Positions 39,991 to 53,979 of a DNA stretch of 64,000 nucleotides are shown piece by piece. Each line of letters begins with the position of its first letter. Positions within the stretch are counted from its first letter, which is position 1. The notes beneath the pieces were generated by a model. It saw only the letters and a program-made list of their open reading frames with translations, was not told the DNA's origin and searched no databases. A program made the position numbers and the translations under genes. This DNA comes from Octopus bimaculoides (taxonomy: Eukaryota), in the NCBI RefSeq assembly GCF_001194135.2, contig NC_068984.1, forward strand, positions 57,290,642 to 57,354,641, written 5' to 3'.

Positions 39991-42277
39991 TGATATGTAA
40001 ATACATGTGCTGTCGAGTAACAACTCTACAATTAACTCATTTACAAATATTATTTGATACCATTAGCTTCCAACCTATATACTTAATTTGACCACAATAT
40101 ATTCATTAAATGAAAATTATATTAAAGCCATGTCTCATTTGTTAGTGACATGGGAAGCAACGCTCACACTGACAAGGGCATTTTCTTGTCCAGTTAGTAA
40201 TTAAAATGTTCGTCAGTTAAGTATGTACTGCACAAACCTGAAGAACTGGTATTGTCAGTAGATATTTCATACTTGTGCTTTTTGTCCATATTATAAATTA
40301 AGACTTTCAAATCATGGCAGATTTTGTAACTCCACATCTAATTCTCTTAACCCTCTTGTTGCTATGTTTCTGTTGAAATACATTGCCTTTGTTTCAATTA
40401 ATTTTCAAAATAATGAAAAATTAATATTTCATTTCATATAAAATATATTTTGTATATAATTTTTTTTTAAATCATCCAAAAAATACAGCTTTATAATATT
40501 ATTGTGATTTTCCTTAATAAAAGTGAGTGGAGAAAATCTTAACAGCTTAATACCATATATGCACCCCTTATTTTAATTCTTGATTTTGGTGAAAATGTGC
40601 ATATTTTACATGGAGTTTTATGGTACTTAAGATCATTTATATTCTGAATATAATCAATAATAGTATTTTCAAATGGTTTGGTGTTTTGTTTTTTTCCTCA
40701 GTGTAACTGATAACAAGGTCTATTTGATAGAGTCTTTGACAGTAATTCTGTGATGATGAAATTAGAATAGGTCAGTGACAGGAAAATTACAGTATGAGCT
40801 ATTGAAAATGACAGTATGAACAAATTAGTGAAACGGATTATCAACCAAATACCCCAATTACACATTATATATCACTGATAAGTATTTTATTGCTGGAATC
40901 ACTTGAGTGATTTTGAACACCAAGCAGTAGTGCACTTAACTAGATAAAAATAATGTATTTGACTTGTAATATATCTTTCTGTACCAACACCTTAAGAATC
41001 CAGTTTTGGAATTTGGTTGGTACTTCATCATTTGATTAGTTACCCAGCTATGCCCATTCATTCTTTATAACAATCCTTGAAATATATGCTTTCTTTATTT
41101 TAGAGATGTCATAATGTTTGTTGATGTAGATTTGGCTATTATGAAATAATTGCTACAATTTTGAGGAAAATTATATGACATTTTATTTGAGACACAATTC
41201 TATCCCAAATTGGTATTTATAATATCCAATATCATTGACATTAGAATTTTAGTTAACTCATCATACCTTAATTCATAGGATGGATTATTTTCCTTTGCAA
41301 ACATTGAAACAGGGTGGGGCACCTTGCTATGCTGGACATTAATAGATTAGCCTATTTTATTGGCATTAGCTATTTCAAGATAATAAAATTAAAGTAGCAT
41401 AAACAATTTTTAGTAACTTATTTGAAAAGATGGAGAGCAAGTATACTCTATAAAGTGTAATCTGCAGCACAGTCACCCTGGAAGCAGAAGATGTGTAGTG
41501 AGACAGCCTTCAATGAGGCTGTTATTCTTCTCACATTAGTAGGTAGAATGCAAAATAGAATTGGCCATGTAAAGAGTAAACTTGCTAGAAAACTCATTTT
41601 GAAACAAAATTAACTTGATACATGATTTCAGTTTTGTCTTTGACTCAGTGTTTGTAACATTTAATTTGATTTTTTATAAATTATAACTAGCTTTCTGAAA
41701 AGTTAGATATAATACCTGTTAATAGAATGTGCTTTTACATTTACAAGTTATTTGTCTGGTAGCTGAAAAAAATAACACTTCATTATCACATAGAACTACA
41801 TAATTCATTAATCCCACCCCATGATATTTTTGTGAGGAGAGAAGTCAAAAAATTGTGCAAGTCTTTTTTTTTTAATACATTTAATGTCGATTGCTGAATA
41901 CCTCGTCTTTGGTTCAAATCTTACTGCTGTCATTGATTTACCATTGACTTGGGATTGTGTACCTCAGCAAGGCACCTGTCTTATTTACATTAGTTTGTCT
42001 AAGTAAAGAAAAAACTGGTTGGTAGTAGTTGGAATAGCATCTAACTGTCATATGTATAATTTGCCCCAAATAAACCAACCTAGTAAAACAAACATGAAGT
42101 AATTTGTAGAATAGCAATAAGAAAACAAAATAAGAGTATAACTGTCATCATTCATTTATGTCAGCTTTCTGTAATATATAAACACAGACTGATATGTAAG
42201 ATATAAACAAATTTTAATATTTGTATATACAAATTATACAAAAAGACAACCTTGTGGGGTTAATAAATAAGTAATTA

Positions 42278-44160
42278 TCATCATTATCATTTAACATCTA
42301 CTTTCCAAACTGGCATGGTTGGACAGTTTGACTGAGGACTGGCAAACCAGAAGGCTGTACCAGGCTCCAATCTGATCTGACAAAGTTTTTACAGCTGGAT
42401 GCCCTTCCTAATGCCAACCATTTTGAGAGTGTAGTGGGTGCTTTTCTGTGCCACCAGTATGAGGGCCAGACAGGCAGTACTGGCGTCAGCCACACTTAAA
42501 TGGTGCATTTTACGTGCCGCTGGCACAGGACCAGTCAGGCGGCACTGGCATCGACCATGTTCAAATGGTGCTTTTTATGTGCCAGTCAGGCAGTAGGCAG
42601 TTTTGGCATCAGCCATGACAATGACTTCACTTGACTCAACAGGTCTTCACAAGCACAGCTTATTGCTCAATGATTGAAGGGTACTCTTAAATCGGCCAGT
42701 TATGCTGCACTGGCATAGGCCATGGTTAGTCTCACTTGGCTTCCCAGGTCTTCTCAAGCATAGCATATCTCCAAAGGTCTTGGTCACTTATCATCACCTC
42801 CGTGAGGCCCAACATTCAAAGGTCATGCTTCACCACTACATCCCAGGTCTTCCTGAGTCTACCTTTTCCACAAGTTCCCTCTTCTGTTAGGATGTGACAC
42901 TTTTTCACACAGCTGTCCTCATCCATACATAACACATGACCATACCAGAAGCATCAGATGTGGTGTGCAGTCATCACACTTGCACACCACATCTGATGCT
43001 TCTTACGTCCAACTTTTCTCTCAGAGCACTTACAGTCTGTCATGTATGCACACTGGCATTATACATCCAGCAAAGCATACTAGCTTCATTTCTTGCAAGT
43101 TTATGCATGTCCTCAACAGTCATGGCCCATGTTTCACTGCCATGTAGCATGGCTGTTCGCACACATGCGTCATACAGTCTACCTGTTACTCTGAGTGAGA
43201 GGCCCTTTGTCACCAGCAGAGGTAGGAGCTCTCTGAAGTTTGCCCCGGCTATCCTTATTCTAGCAGCTACACTCTCAGAGCATCCATCCCTGCTACTGAC
43301 TTAGTCACCTAGGTAATGGAAGCTATCAACTACTTCTAGTTTTCCCCCCTGACATGTGGCGGAATCTGTTTTCTGCACATTTTCAGTATTTATTGCCCCT
43401 GAGCATTTGCCACACAAAAAAAACTATCTTCCCAGTTTGCTTTCCTTTGATATTGCTGTACCTCTTTATGTGTCCATAGCTTACATTGGGTACATTTTAT
43501 GGAGTTTCTAACTACACCTTTTCTACAGATCGAACAGGGCCATCTACCTGAAGGGGTTTGTGATTTGTCTGCCTTCCTACTTATTAAGACTTTGGTTTTT
43601 GCTAGATTAACTCTAAGGCCCTTTGATTCTAAACCGTGCTTCCATACCTGAAACTTCTCTTCTAGTTCTGATAGTAACTCAGCTATTAGAGCAAAGTCAT
43701 CAGCATAGAGGAGCTCCCAGGGGCATCCTGTCTTGAATTCCTGTGTTATTGCCTGGAGGACTATGATGAATAAGAGGGGGCTGAGGTTTGATCCTTGGTG
43801 GACCCCTACTTGAAATTCTTCACTATACTCATTGCCAACCCTCACCTCACTGACAGCATCCCTGTACATGGTTTGTACAGCTCTCACTAACCACTCATCT
43901 ATCCCTAGTTTCCACATTGATCACCAGATAAGGGATCAGGGGACCCTGTCAAAGGCTTTCTCCCTGTCAACGAAAGCCAGGTGCAGAGGCTCATCTTTGG
44001 CTAGGTATTTCTCCTGCAGCTGTCTTACCAGAAATATAGCATCAGTGGTGCTTTTCCCTGGCATGAACCCAAACTGCATTTTGTCTAAACTAACTCTCTC
44101 CCTAATTATTTGGACAATGACCCTCTCCATGACATTCATGACCTGATCCATCAACTTTGG
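42278..44160 (-). mobile_element. 5'-truncated RTE-clade LINE (copy 2, same family as 17965-20230)
   Basis: MQFGFMPGKSTTDAIFLVRQLQEKYLAK, AFVDREKAFDRVP, HQGSNLSPLLF and ELLYADDFALIAE. Three 3'UTR units at 42437-42620. Confidence 0.92.
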
Positions 44161-45682
44161 TTTAATTCAATCAACCAACTTCCATACTAAAAAATAGATA
44201 TTAAACTTTTACTTAAATAAAAGAAATCAATATTTATATATAAAAGTCACTAACTATAAGCTTTTAAATAGCAAAGACTCATAGAAGAAGATTCTAAGAG
44301 CAGCACAAGTTACATTGAATAATAATATTTAGATAGCATAATGAAGTGAAAACAAATCACTTGTTAGATATTATTAGGCAATTGAGAAGTCATCCGTTTG
44401 TCTTCTGTCAATGTCATAGTTCTGTGTCCATGACCAAAATGCTTAACAGTTAATGGCCCAATCCATTTAGTTATAAATATGTACTATTGACACTGCACTT
44501 TATTGGCTTGCAGTACTGATTTCAGCTTTTGTAGGTACAGCTTGGTCCTTTCAGTTTTAAGTGGAAATCAATAAGACTGCATTGTTGCAGTCTTATCAAT
44601 AAGAAATGCATTGTTAGGTTTACCAGTCATGGAAAATCAAGAAACTGACTCATCAGATAGTAAGTAAATAGCGTGTCTCCTCACTTCTCTGAAAAAAATT
44701 GTGGGGCAGGCAAGCAGATAGGCTTGGGATAGTTTATTTTTCTCTATATATACAATTTCACTTTTCATTGTTCCTTTAGAATCAATAATCAGATATAAAT
44801 TGGCATCAGTCCAGTTGACTATGCCTCTCCTAATATATTGAGTCCTTGTACCAATGTATCATCAATATTCATGATGATATTATATCATCACTGTGAAATA
44901 TTTGTGCAATGCATGACTGTATTGAAGTTAGTCAGTATGATCCATTATCTCTGCCAGAAATTTAACATATGAACTAATGTCAATCAGAGCTTTGTCCTCA
45001 ACCTTCTGCCTTTCTATTCTCTGTAGTAGTCATGTGGGAGGTCTAGTCCATACTAATGTGTAAAAATAATATTGATTCACAGAATGCTTTATAGCATTTA
45101 CATTTGACCTTCTTACTATCACTTCTTACAAGACACACCTACTTGTGCAAATGATATCACTTTCCATTCCTTTTAAACTTTCCTCACCAAAGTAGCATAC
45201 ACACGTGAGTGAAACATCTCACTTCAGACCTTCAGTATTATCATCATTTAATATCCATGCTCCATACTGACATGGATTGGATACTGTTTTAATTAACAAA
45301 CAGTTTTGAAATGGATATAGGATGACCTGGTCTCTTTCAATAGTGCCAAAATAATCACTGTAAATTTTAAGGAAGCATGGTTAACAAATGGTTAAAAACT
45401 TTTTATCACTCCAAATGTTAGGCATCATAATTTTTGATTTTTCATAGCTATCACGCACACACATGTCTATAATTTTATATTGACTATGTTTCAAAGACTA
45501 AGGCTTCTTCTTTACATTAAAAAAAACAAATCTGTTCTGTTCAAGATTGATCCACATTAGATTACTGCTCACATGTCTAAACCAGCTAGCTGCATACCAT
45601 CTCTATCTACAGCCATCCAATGACACACAAGATCCTTACTTATTATATTCCATCTCAGTCTCACTCCTCTAATCCCTTTCAC

Positions 45683-45900
45683 CTGTGATTCTCAACCATT
45701 TTTCACCTACAGACCCTCTTAATTCATATTTTGCTCAGCTGGACACCCATAGGCATTCGATGTTTAAAAAAAATTTATTATATCCTTATAATTAAATATC
45801 AATAGAAATTCTATAAAAATTATTGAAATATTTTGTGTATTGTAGAAGTATAACCAATTTATTGTGCACAAAACTTAACAGCAAAATCTTATATGCACTC
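45683..45900 (+). mobile_element. hAT-like MITE, left part (copy 1)
   Basis: ctgtgattctcaacc resembles hAT TIRs (cagtggttctcaa). About 145 bp is directly repeated at 46596-46740. Confidence 0.5.
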
Positions 45901-45998
45901 TTCCCTAAAAGCCATCTATATGTTGTGCAAGGGCAATTCTACTGTCTAGGTAAACAGATGATGTGCACTAAAGAGACACAATTATTTTTATATATGTA

Positions 45999-46039
<41 letters not shown>

Positions 46040-46201
46040 CTTAAAGATCCATTAGCATGGAGTTTAATGATCTTTTAATTGAGTTCTTGATATGTTTTCT
46101 TGTTTATACACCAACTCTCTCTGTGGATGCAAACATACATAAATATGTACATATATACGTATGTTTGTATGCTTATGTATATACATGTATATGCTTATAA
46201 A

Positions 46202-46232
<31 letters not shown>

Positions 46233-46491
46233 CCATAAATATCGGCATCCGTTTAGAGAAAAATTTGTAGTTTAGAATCAGTAGTTCTTTGACTGCTATT
46301 TCTAAATTTTCAGTATGTTGGAGAAGCAACTCAATGCTAATCCCTGTATATTTATGATGATAAATGGTTTTACCGATAAAGGTTTTTTCATACTGAACTA
46401 CTTGGCAAAAATTGTTAATTATTAATTCTATTATTAATTGACGATTCCCTGCCCTTATTCTTGTATATATATATATATATAAGTATATGTA

Positions 46492-46536
<45 letters not shown>

Positions 46537-46559
46537 ATATGTGTTGTATGTATGTATCT

Positions 46560-46740
46560 CTTTTGAGTATTATTTTACTTGGGTGGATTCTCATAGGCAC
46601 TTAATGTTTAAAAAATCTTATTATATTTTCATAATTAGATATCATAAGGAACTCTATTAAAAAAATTTGTTAAAATATTTTATGTATTGTAGAAGTATAG
46701 CAAATTTATTGCATATAATTTTTAACAACAAAATCTTAAG
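46560..46740 (+). mobile_element. hAT-like MITE, left part (copy 2), interrupted by an RTE 3' end; right part probably at 48450-48489
   Basis: Similar to 45720-45890. The right piece ctctcaagggtcatatggaccctgcttgagcattctcag resembles the reverse complement of the left TIR. Confidence 0.45.
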
Positions 46741-46966
46741 GCACATAAAATACACCATTTTGAGCGTGGCTGTTGCCAGTACCGCCTGACTGGCCTTCGT
46801 AGGATTTTTGAGCGAGATCGTTGCCAGTGCCCCTGGACTGGCTCTTGTGCAGGTGGCACATAAAATACACCATTTTGAGCGTGGCCGTTGCCAGTACCGC
46901 CTGACTGGCCTTCATGCGGGTGACACGTAAAAGCACCCACTACACTCTCTGAATGGTTGGCGTTAG
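46741..46966 (+). mobile_element. RTE 3'UTR insertion (about three minisatellite units and the start of the B tail) running into a gap; tail resumes at 48403-48449
   Basis: Reverse complement of the 18124 unit, then ctctgaatggttggcgttag. Confidence 0.75.
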
Positions 46967-47879
46967 NNNNNNNNNNNNNNNNNNNNNNNNNNNNNNNNNN
47001 NNNNNNNNNNNNNNNNNNNNNNNNNNNNNNNNNNNNNNNNNNNNNNNNNNNNNNNNNNNNNNNNNNNNNNNNNNNNNNNNNNNNNNNNNNNNNNNNNNNN
47101 NNNNNNNNNNNNNNNNNNNNNNNNNNNNNNNNNNNNNNNNNNNNNNNNNNNNNNNNNNNNNNNNNNNNNNNNNNNNNNNNNNNNNNNNNNNNNNNNNNNN
47201 NNNNNNNNNNNNNNNNNNNNNNNNNNNNNNNNNNNNNNNNNNNNNNNNNNNNNNNNNNNNNNNNNNNNNNNNNNNNNNNNNNNNNNNNNNNNNNNNNNNN
47301 NNNNNNNNNNNNNNNNNNNNNNNNNNNNNNNNNNNNNNNNNNNNNNNNNNNNNNNNNNNNNNNNNNNNNNNNNNNNNNNNNNNNNNNNNNNNNNNNNNNN
47401 NNNNNNNNNNNNNNNNNNNNNNNNNNNNNNNNNNNNNNNNNNNNNNNNNNNNNNNNNNNNNNNNNNNNNNNNNNNNNNNNNNNNNNNNNNNNNNNNNNNN
47501 NNNNNNNNNNNNNNNNNNNNNNNNNNNNNNNNNNNNNNNNNNNNNNNNNNNNNNNNNNNNNNNNNNNNNNNNNNNNNNNNNNNNNNNNNNNNNNNNNNNN
47601 NNNNNNNNNNNNNNNNNNNNNNNNNNNNNNNNNNNNNNNNNNNNNNNNNNNNNNNNNNNNNNNNNNNNNNNNNNNNNNNNNNNNNNNNNNNNNNNNNNNN
47701 NNNNNNNNNNNNNNNNNNNNNNNNNNNNNNNNNNNNNNNNNNNNNNNNNNNNNNNNNNNNNNNNNNNNNNNNNNNNNNNNNNNNNNNNNNNNNNNNNNNN
47801 NNNNNNNNNNNNNNNNNNNNNNNNNNNNNNNNNNNNNNNNNNNNNNNNNNNNNNNNNNNNNNNNNNNNNNNNNNNNNNN
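46967..47879. other. Assembly gap (other gaps: 1508-1579, 6637-6768, 48393-48402, 49231-49795, 56823-56832, 60215-60503)
   Basis: Runs of N. Confidence 1.
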
Positions 47880-48133
47880 CATTGCATGGCACCTTGGGCA
47901 AGTGTCATCTACTATATTCCCGGGTCAACTGAGACCTTGTGAATGGATTTGGTACAGAAACTGAAAGAAGCCCATCATATGTGTGTGTGTGTCCACCACT
48001 ACTGTTTGACAGCAAAAGGCATCAATGGAAGGAGTGCCAGGCTTAAAAAAATGTACTGGGGTTGACTTGTTCGACTAAGACCCATCAAGGCAGTGCCCCA
48101 GCAAGTGAAAGATAAAAGAAGGTATTAGTTTTC
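47880..48133 (+). repeat. Apparently identical 254-bp duplicate of 48977-49230 (SINE A part); probable assembly overlap
   Basis: Base-by-base comparison by eye showed no differences, and both copies abut N gaps. Confidence 0.85.
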
Positions 48134-48914
48134 CACCAGTTCTGATGATGAGTAATCAGTTGTTCAATCACCTAAACTATATACTCATTGAATTAGCAGT
48201 AAGTGGTTGAGTATTCCAAAGACTCATAGTTCATTAATGTAATTTCGAGCAGAATTTGTGTGCGACAATGCTGGACTTTTGAATTACCAGTACAATCCAT
48301 ATGAAGGGAATTTCTTTTTTATTTTTTGCTCAATCTCACTCACAAGGATTGGGCCAAATTGAGGCTATTAATAAAAGACTCCTACCCAAATANNNNNNNN
48401 NNGTCCAACCCATGCTAGCATGGAAAGCAGACGTTAAACGATGATGATGACTCTCAAGGGTCATATGGACCCTGCTTGAGCATTCTCAGTCATTTTGATC
48501 TAATACAGCACTCTGATAGAACCCTTGCCTCTCCAGACATCAATGTACTGAAGTTCAGATTCAATCTCAACCTCATTGGCCTCATCATTTTGAGAGAGTG
48601 TCAATCACATTGACTAATCAGTCTGAAAGAACCTGCAAAAGTGAAGGGTGCCACTTCACTTACTTAGCCATAGAGAAAACTACTAATCTTTGTTCCATGT
48701 ATGTCATAATTCTTGTTGTTGTTATATACAGTAGCAATAAAAGTTATCGTTATTTGCAATGATATATTGTTTTTTATTATTTAATTTCTGGAAAATATTT
48801 AAATCATTAAAGGCTATATATTTTAAATGTTTTTGGAACACAAAAGTATAATATCACATGAGGAAAAGATGGACACAAAATAAAAATGCTTTTATCATTC
48901 ATATTGTATTTTAT

Positions 48915-49218
48915 GCCTACGTATGACTGTGTGGGTAAGAAGTTTGCTTCCTAACCACATGGTTCCAGTTCAGTCCCATTGCATGGCACCTTGGGCAAGT
49001 GTCATCTACTATATTCCCGGGTCAACTGAGACCTTGTGAATGGATTTGGTACAGAAACTGAAAGAAGCCCATCATATGTGTGTGTGTGTCCACCACTACT
49101 GTTTGACAGCAAAAGGCATCAATGGAAGGAGTGCCAGGCTTAAAAAAATGTACTGGGGTTGACTTGTTCGACTAAGACCCATCAAGGCAGTGCCCCAGCA
49201 AGTGAAAGATAAAAGAAG
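48915..49218 (+). mobile_element. SINE family A copy (short microsatellite, internal deletions)
   Basis: Head gactgtgtgggtaagaagtttgcttcctaaccacatgg. Confidence 0.75.
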
Positions 49219-49795
49219 GTATTAGTTTTCNNNNNNNNNNNNNNNNNNNNNNNNNNNNNNNNNNNNNNNNNNNNNNNNNNNNNNNNNNNNNNNNNNNNNN
49301 NNNNNNNNNNNNNNNNNNNNNNNNNNNNNNNNNNNNNNNNNNNNNNNNNNNNNNNNNNNNNNNNNNNNNNNNNNNNNNNNNNNNNNNNNNNNNNNNNNNN
49401 NNNNNNNNNNNNNNNNNNNNNNNNNNNNNNNNNNNNNNNNNNNNNNNNNNNNNNNNNNNNNNNNNNNNNNNNNNNNNNNNNNNNNNNNNNNNNNNNNNNN
49501 NNNNNNNNNNNNNNNNNNNNNNNNNNNNNNNNNNNNNNNNNNNNNNNNNNNNNNNNNNNNNNNNNNNNNNNNNNNNNNNNNNNNNNNNNNNNNNNNNNNN
49601 NNNNNNNNNNNNNNNNNNNNNNNNNNNNNNNNNNNNNNNNNNNNNNNNNNNNNNNNNNNNNNNNNNNNNNNNNNNNNNNNNNNNNNNNNNNNNNNNNNNN
49701 NNNNNNNNNNNNNNNNNNNNNNNNNNNNNNNNNNNNNNNNNNNNNNNNNNNNNNNNNNNNNNNNNNNNNNNNNNNNNNNNNNNNNNNNNNNNNNN

Positions 49796-49838
<43 letters not shown>

Positions 49839-49869
49839 ATGTGTGTGTGCGTGTGTGGACACATTGCAT

Positions 49870-50115
49870 AGTAGCAATGGTATTAGGGCTCATCATCACT
49901 TGATCATGGATTCAATTCTTATACTGAGCAAGGTACTTTATTTCATGTTGCTTCAGTCTAGTCACCTGTAAATGAATATCAGCAAAACGTTAGGGGTCAG
50001 GAGTAACACTGCTACAAACTTGCATAAAGAAGTACATCTGGCCATAGAATGTTGTCTCCAAAAAATCTCATCCAACCCATTTCTATCATTGAGAAAATAT
50101 GTAAAACAATGATGG
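49870..50115 (+). mobile_element. Degenerate tRNA-headed SINE carrying an RTE-like (family B) 3' tail
   Basis: gcaatggtattagg...ggattcaattc head; gagcaaggtactt...cacctgtaaatgaata central part; catccaaccca...gtaaaacaatgatg tail. Confidence 0.5.
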
Positions 50116-50470
50116 GAGTGTGGGTCATAATGTAAGAGTTGTAAAGTATATTAAGATATATTTTACATAATGCAAACATCTGATATAGAACTTACTGTAT
50201 TGAGTAAGGTGGATAGTTATATTTATTTTATCCACTGAATTTCTCCTTAGGCTGGGGTCTTTATAATTGTGGGGTGGATAAAGAAAAGGGTTTGCAGTTT
50301 TTATAAGGATCTTAAATGTGTTGGGTGTGGGTGTGGGTGTGTGCGAAGTGTCTTTAAATACTAATTAAAGATATAGATATTGTGTTAGAAAGTTATTAAG
50401 GTGTGTGTAAGTATGTACATGTGGCGGCATTCTTGCTTTCTTTTTTTCTAATGCTAGCACTACATATGTG

Positions 50471-50528
<58 letters not shown>

Positions 50529-50639
50529 AATAAACATAGTATATGTCTTTATGTGTTACTATTAGTTTCATGTGATGAAAGCATCTCAGTATTTTTTAGC
50601 ACATTTGGTGCATTATCGCAATCTTCAGGCAATGCCCAC

Positions 50640-50745
50640 TGAGGCTATAGTAGAAGATACTTGCCCAAGGTGCCACACAGTGGCAGTGAACCTGGAACCA
50701 TGTAGCTGGGAAGCAAGCTTCTTACCACACAGCCACACCTGTGCA
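50640..50745 (-). mobile_element. SINE family A, 5' part
   Basis: Reverse complement of the head. Confidence 0.7.
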
Positions 50746-51364
50746 CATGTGTATTGTGTGTGTGTGAATCCTTCATTGCTAAAAGAAAAATGGTTTTATC
50801 TAATATGTGATGAGAGTGATGGTATATGTGTGGTAGTAAAATATAAGCAGAGAACCTAACCAACAACTGTTTGTTCTTTCCCATTTGTGAAAGATGGAAT
50901 TAAACTTAGTGAGTCAATTGTTATGCAATAGTTACTAGTCTGGTTGGTTGATTCATTGCTGCTTTGTATTTTTCCCCAACAAAACTCATCTTTTGAATAT
51001 ATGCACCTGTACTACTACTATAAATAATAATGATAAGAAAAATAATAATGTGGATGATATTGTTACAACCACTGCTACCACTGTGATGCATTTGTTTGAA
51101 AACTAATCTAAAATCTACAATGATGTTGAGCTCTGGAGCTCTGGATAAATGGAAACATAATATTCACAGAAATATTTGTCATTCTCGCATCTCCCACTTT
51201 CAATTCTCTCTCTATTTCTCCTCCCTCTCTCACTCTTCTTTCTGTCTCATTTTCTCCTCCTCATCTCTCTTTTTTTCTCCTATCTAAGTCTAGTTGAATG
51301 AGAATAATTTTAGCATTTGACTGAATTATTCTTTTGTGAGGTTTTTGGTCGGGGAAGGGATTCT

Positions 51365-51832
51365 TGTTTTATCTTTTATCTTTTACTTGTTTCAGTCATT
51401 AGACTGTGGCCATGCTGAGGCACTGCCTTGAAGAATTTTAGTCAAATGAATCGACATTAGTAATTATTTTTTTAAGCCTGGTACTTTTTCTTTTGGTCTC
51501 TTCTGGTGAACTGCTGAGTTACAGGGACATAAACACACCAACATCAGTTGCCAAGCAGTGGGTGTGGGGACAAACACAGACACAAAGACACACATACACA
51601 CATATATACATGATGGTCTTCTTACTCATCATCATCATCCTTTAATGTTTGTTTTCCATGCTAGGATGGTTGGGGTTTCTTTCAGTTTCTGTCTACCAAA
51701 TCCACTCACAAAGCTTTGGTCAGCCTATGGCTGTCATAGAAGACACTTGCCCAATGTGCCACACAGTGGGACTGAACCTGGAACCATGTGGTTGGGAAGC
51801 AAACTTCTTACCACATAGCCATGACTATGCCT
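51365..51832 (-). mobile_element. SINE family A copy with a B-tail fragment (51624-51672) inserted in its microsatellite
   Basis: Both halves are present; (CAT)n-tttaatg...ttccatgctagg lies inside. Confidence 0.75.
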
Positions 51833-52130
51833 ATGAAATTTTTTCTATAAAAATTTCCAGCTGCTTGAAATAAATTGCTTTATTGGTCTATTTCTATGCT
51901 TGTGATTATGTAATAACTTGAACTGGAAGAACAATTAAATAAATAACTGACACTTATCATCTCTACACCTTTCAGTATTCCTAACAAAAAGATAAACTAA
52001 AAAAAAAATTAAATTGCAAAAGAGTAACAAACTATTTGTCACAATCCGTTGAATGTAAATAATGTAAATAATGCACATAATTCCTCATCTCTTAAATATA
52101 GAACTGTATTCAAGCTATTTCTCTTTATAT

Positions 52131-52386
52131 TTTTCTGAAAGTTATTAGCAACTTATCTAAAGAAGGGGAAATAAATTTACTTGAGAATCAAAAGTAGCTA
52201 ATGAACTTATTCACCACTCAGGGCTTACATTTATTCAAAAATGCTTGCATCTGTACTCAGTGCAACATTAAAGACCTAAAAGAAAATAACCAAGTACTAA
52301 ATCAGCTAAAGAAGAATTGATTCATGGATCAGACTGACTGAACTACACCCAGAATAATCACTAAAAAAAATTACCCAAGACCATGT
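52131..52386 (+). repeat. Left arm of an old inverted repeat (partner 54286-54510)
   Basis: ttttctgaaagttattagcaacttatctaaagaagggga...aaagaagaattgattc.tggatca.actgactgaact...ttaccca.gaccatgt is shared. Confidence 0.85.
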
Positions 52387-52884
52387 CATTTTATTCAGGC
52401 AATAATGTGAATTTCAGCTGCCATTTCTTGCAGGTTGAGTGACTGCATAGTAGATTCCTCACTAGTTCAGCAGTTCAGGTAGCTGATGCATAAAGAGTGA
52501 CTAATTAGTTCATGCTGGTATACTTTTAGACATGTAGAGAAATACCAACCAATGTCTCTCTATTAGAACAGTATGAAGTGTTGTCTTCATAATGTATTTT
52601 GTAACTTTTTATGTAATACTGTGTCCATTCATGTATTATAATCATGTAAGGAGTGATTTATCAATGTCTGCATCCTGACACTATGAAAAGTGACCAGTCA
52701 AAACTTAAGTTTACTTTCAGAGTTCTTCCTCTTCTTTATATTCCTGCTTAACCAATAATTATGTGTGACAGACATAGCCTCTACCATCAATTATCAAAAC
52801 TTCTGTTATTGTAACAAATAGTATCATTCAATTTGCTTTTATATATATTTTTTTAATTAAATTCCAGTTAATAATAATAAAATT

Positions 52885-53315
52885 AGTTTCAGTTTTTTGC
52901 ATAAGGCCAACAAATTTGGGGGTGGGGATTTAGTCAATTACATTGTCCCAGTGTATAACTGGTACTTATTTTTTTTTACCCCAGAAGGATGAAAGACAAA
53001 GTTCAAATTGGTGGAATTTGAACTCAGAACACAAAAAGGACGAAATGCTGTTAAGCATTTTGCCCAGCATGCTAATGATTCTGTCAGCTCACCACCTTAT
53101 TAATAATAATAATATTGGCTTCAGATTTTGGCATAAGGCCGGAAATTATGTGGGAGGAACTAGGTGAATTACATTGATCCCAGTCATTTTATTGACCCCA
53201 AAAGAATGAAAGGAAAAAATCTACCACAGTGAAATTTGAACTCAGAATGCAAAGACAGACAAAATGCTGCTCAGCATTTTGCCTGGCATGCTAACAATTC
53301 TGCCTTTTTGTCACC
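52885..53315 (-). mobile_element. Head-to-tail SINE C dimer
   Basis: Copies are separated by taataataataat tracts. Confidence 0.8.
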
Positions 53316-53979
53316 TTATTAATAATAATAATATTAGCAGTGGATTTGTTTAGATTTGTTTAGTTATTGGTAAGGTCATTGAAAAAATTGTTACATATAA
53401 TAATTTCATTATATTATAATTACCAGCTAGTTCCAGTGAGTGTATCTAAATTTTATCCAATAAATTATCTTATTCAAACACTCATGAGAATTACTATAAA
53501 ACATTATTTTTTAAAAGATAATGTTAAGGCATATTTATTAATGTAGCTTTAGTCTCATCCCTTCAATATATATATGACTCTAAAACAAAAGATGGAGGAC
53601 AATTTTGACAGGATACATAAAGCTTAAGTATAACACTATTGCAAACTACTTTTAAGTTTTCATGCAATGAGTATCCCACTGAAGTTTTCCAACCCTGCTT
53701 TTTTTAAAGTTGCTTTACCACACAGTGTTTGTTTAAAATAGAAAAAAGAGTTTTAAAGCTCTCTAGTTAACATCTATCAGTCACAATTAAATTAAATGAT
53801 GTTGATGAGGTCTAATAAGACTAAAACATATCTGGAGTTGTTACCATACTGCTAAAGATGAGATAAATTAAACTTTGGTGTTGTCCACCCACCCCCATCC
53901 TATCTACTCCCACCCCACGTTTTTTTTTTTACTAGAATTAGTCATTTAAATATTGAATGCTCACATCACTAAGGTTGTA

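Noticed and set aside
46722-49899. Long ORFs (225-386 aa) in the ORF track, and similar ones at 6521-6827 and 60109-60550
   Set aside because: They consist of X residues from N gaps.
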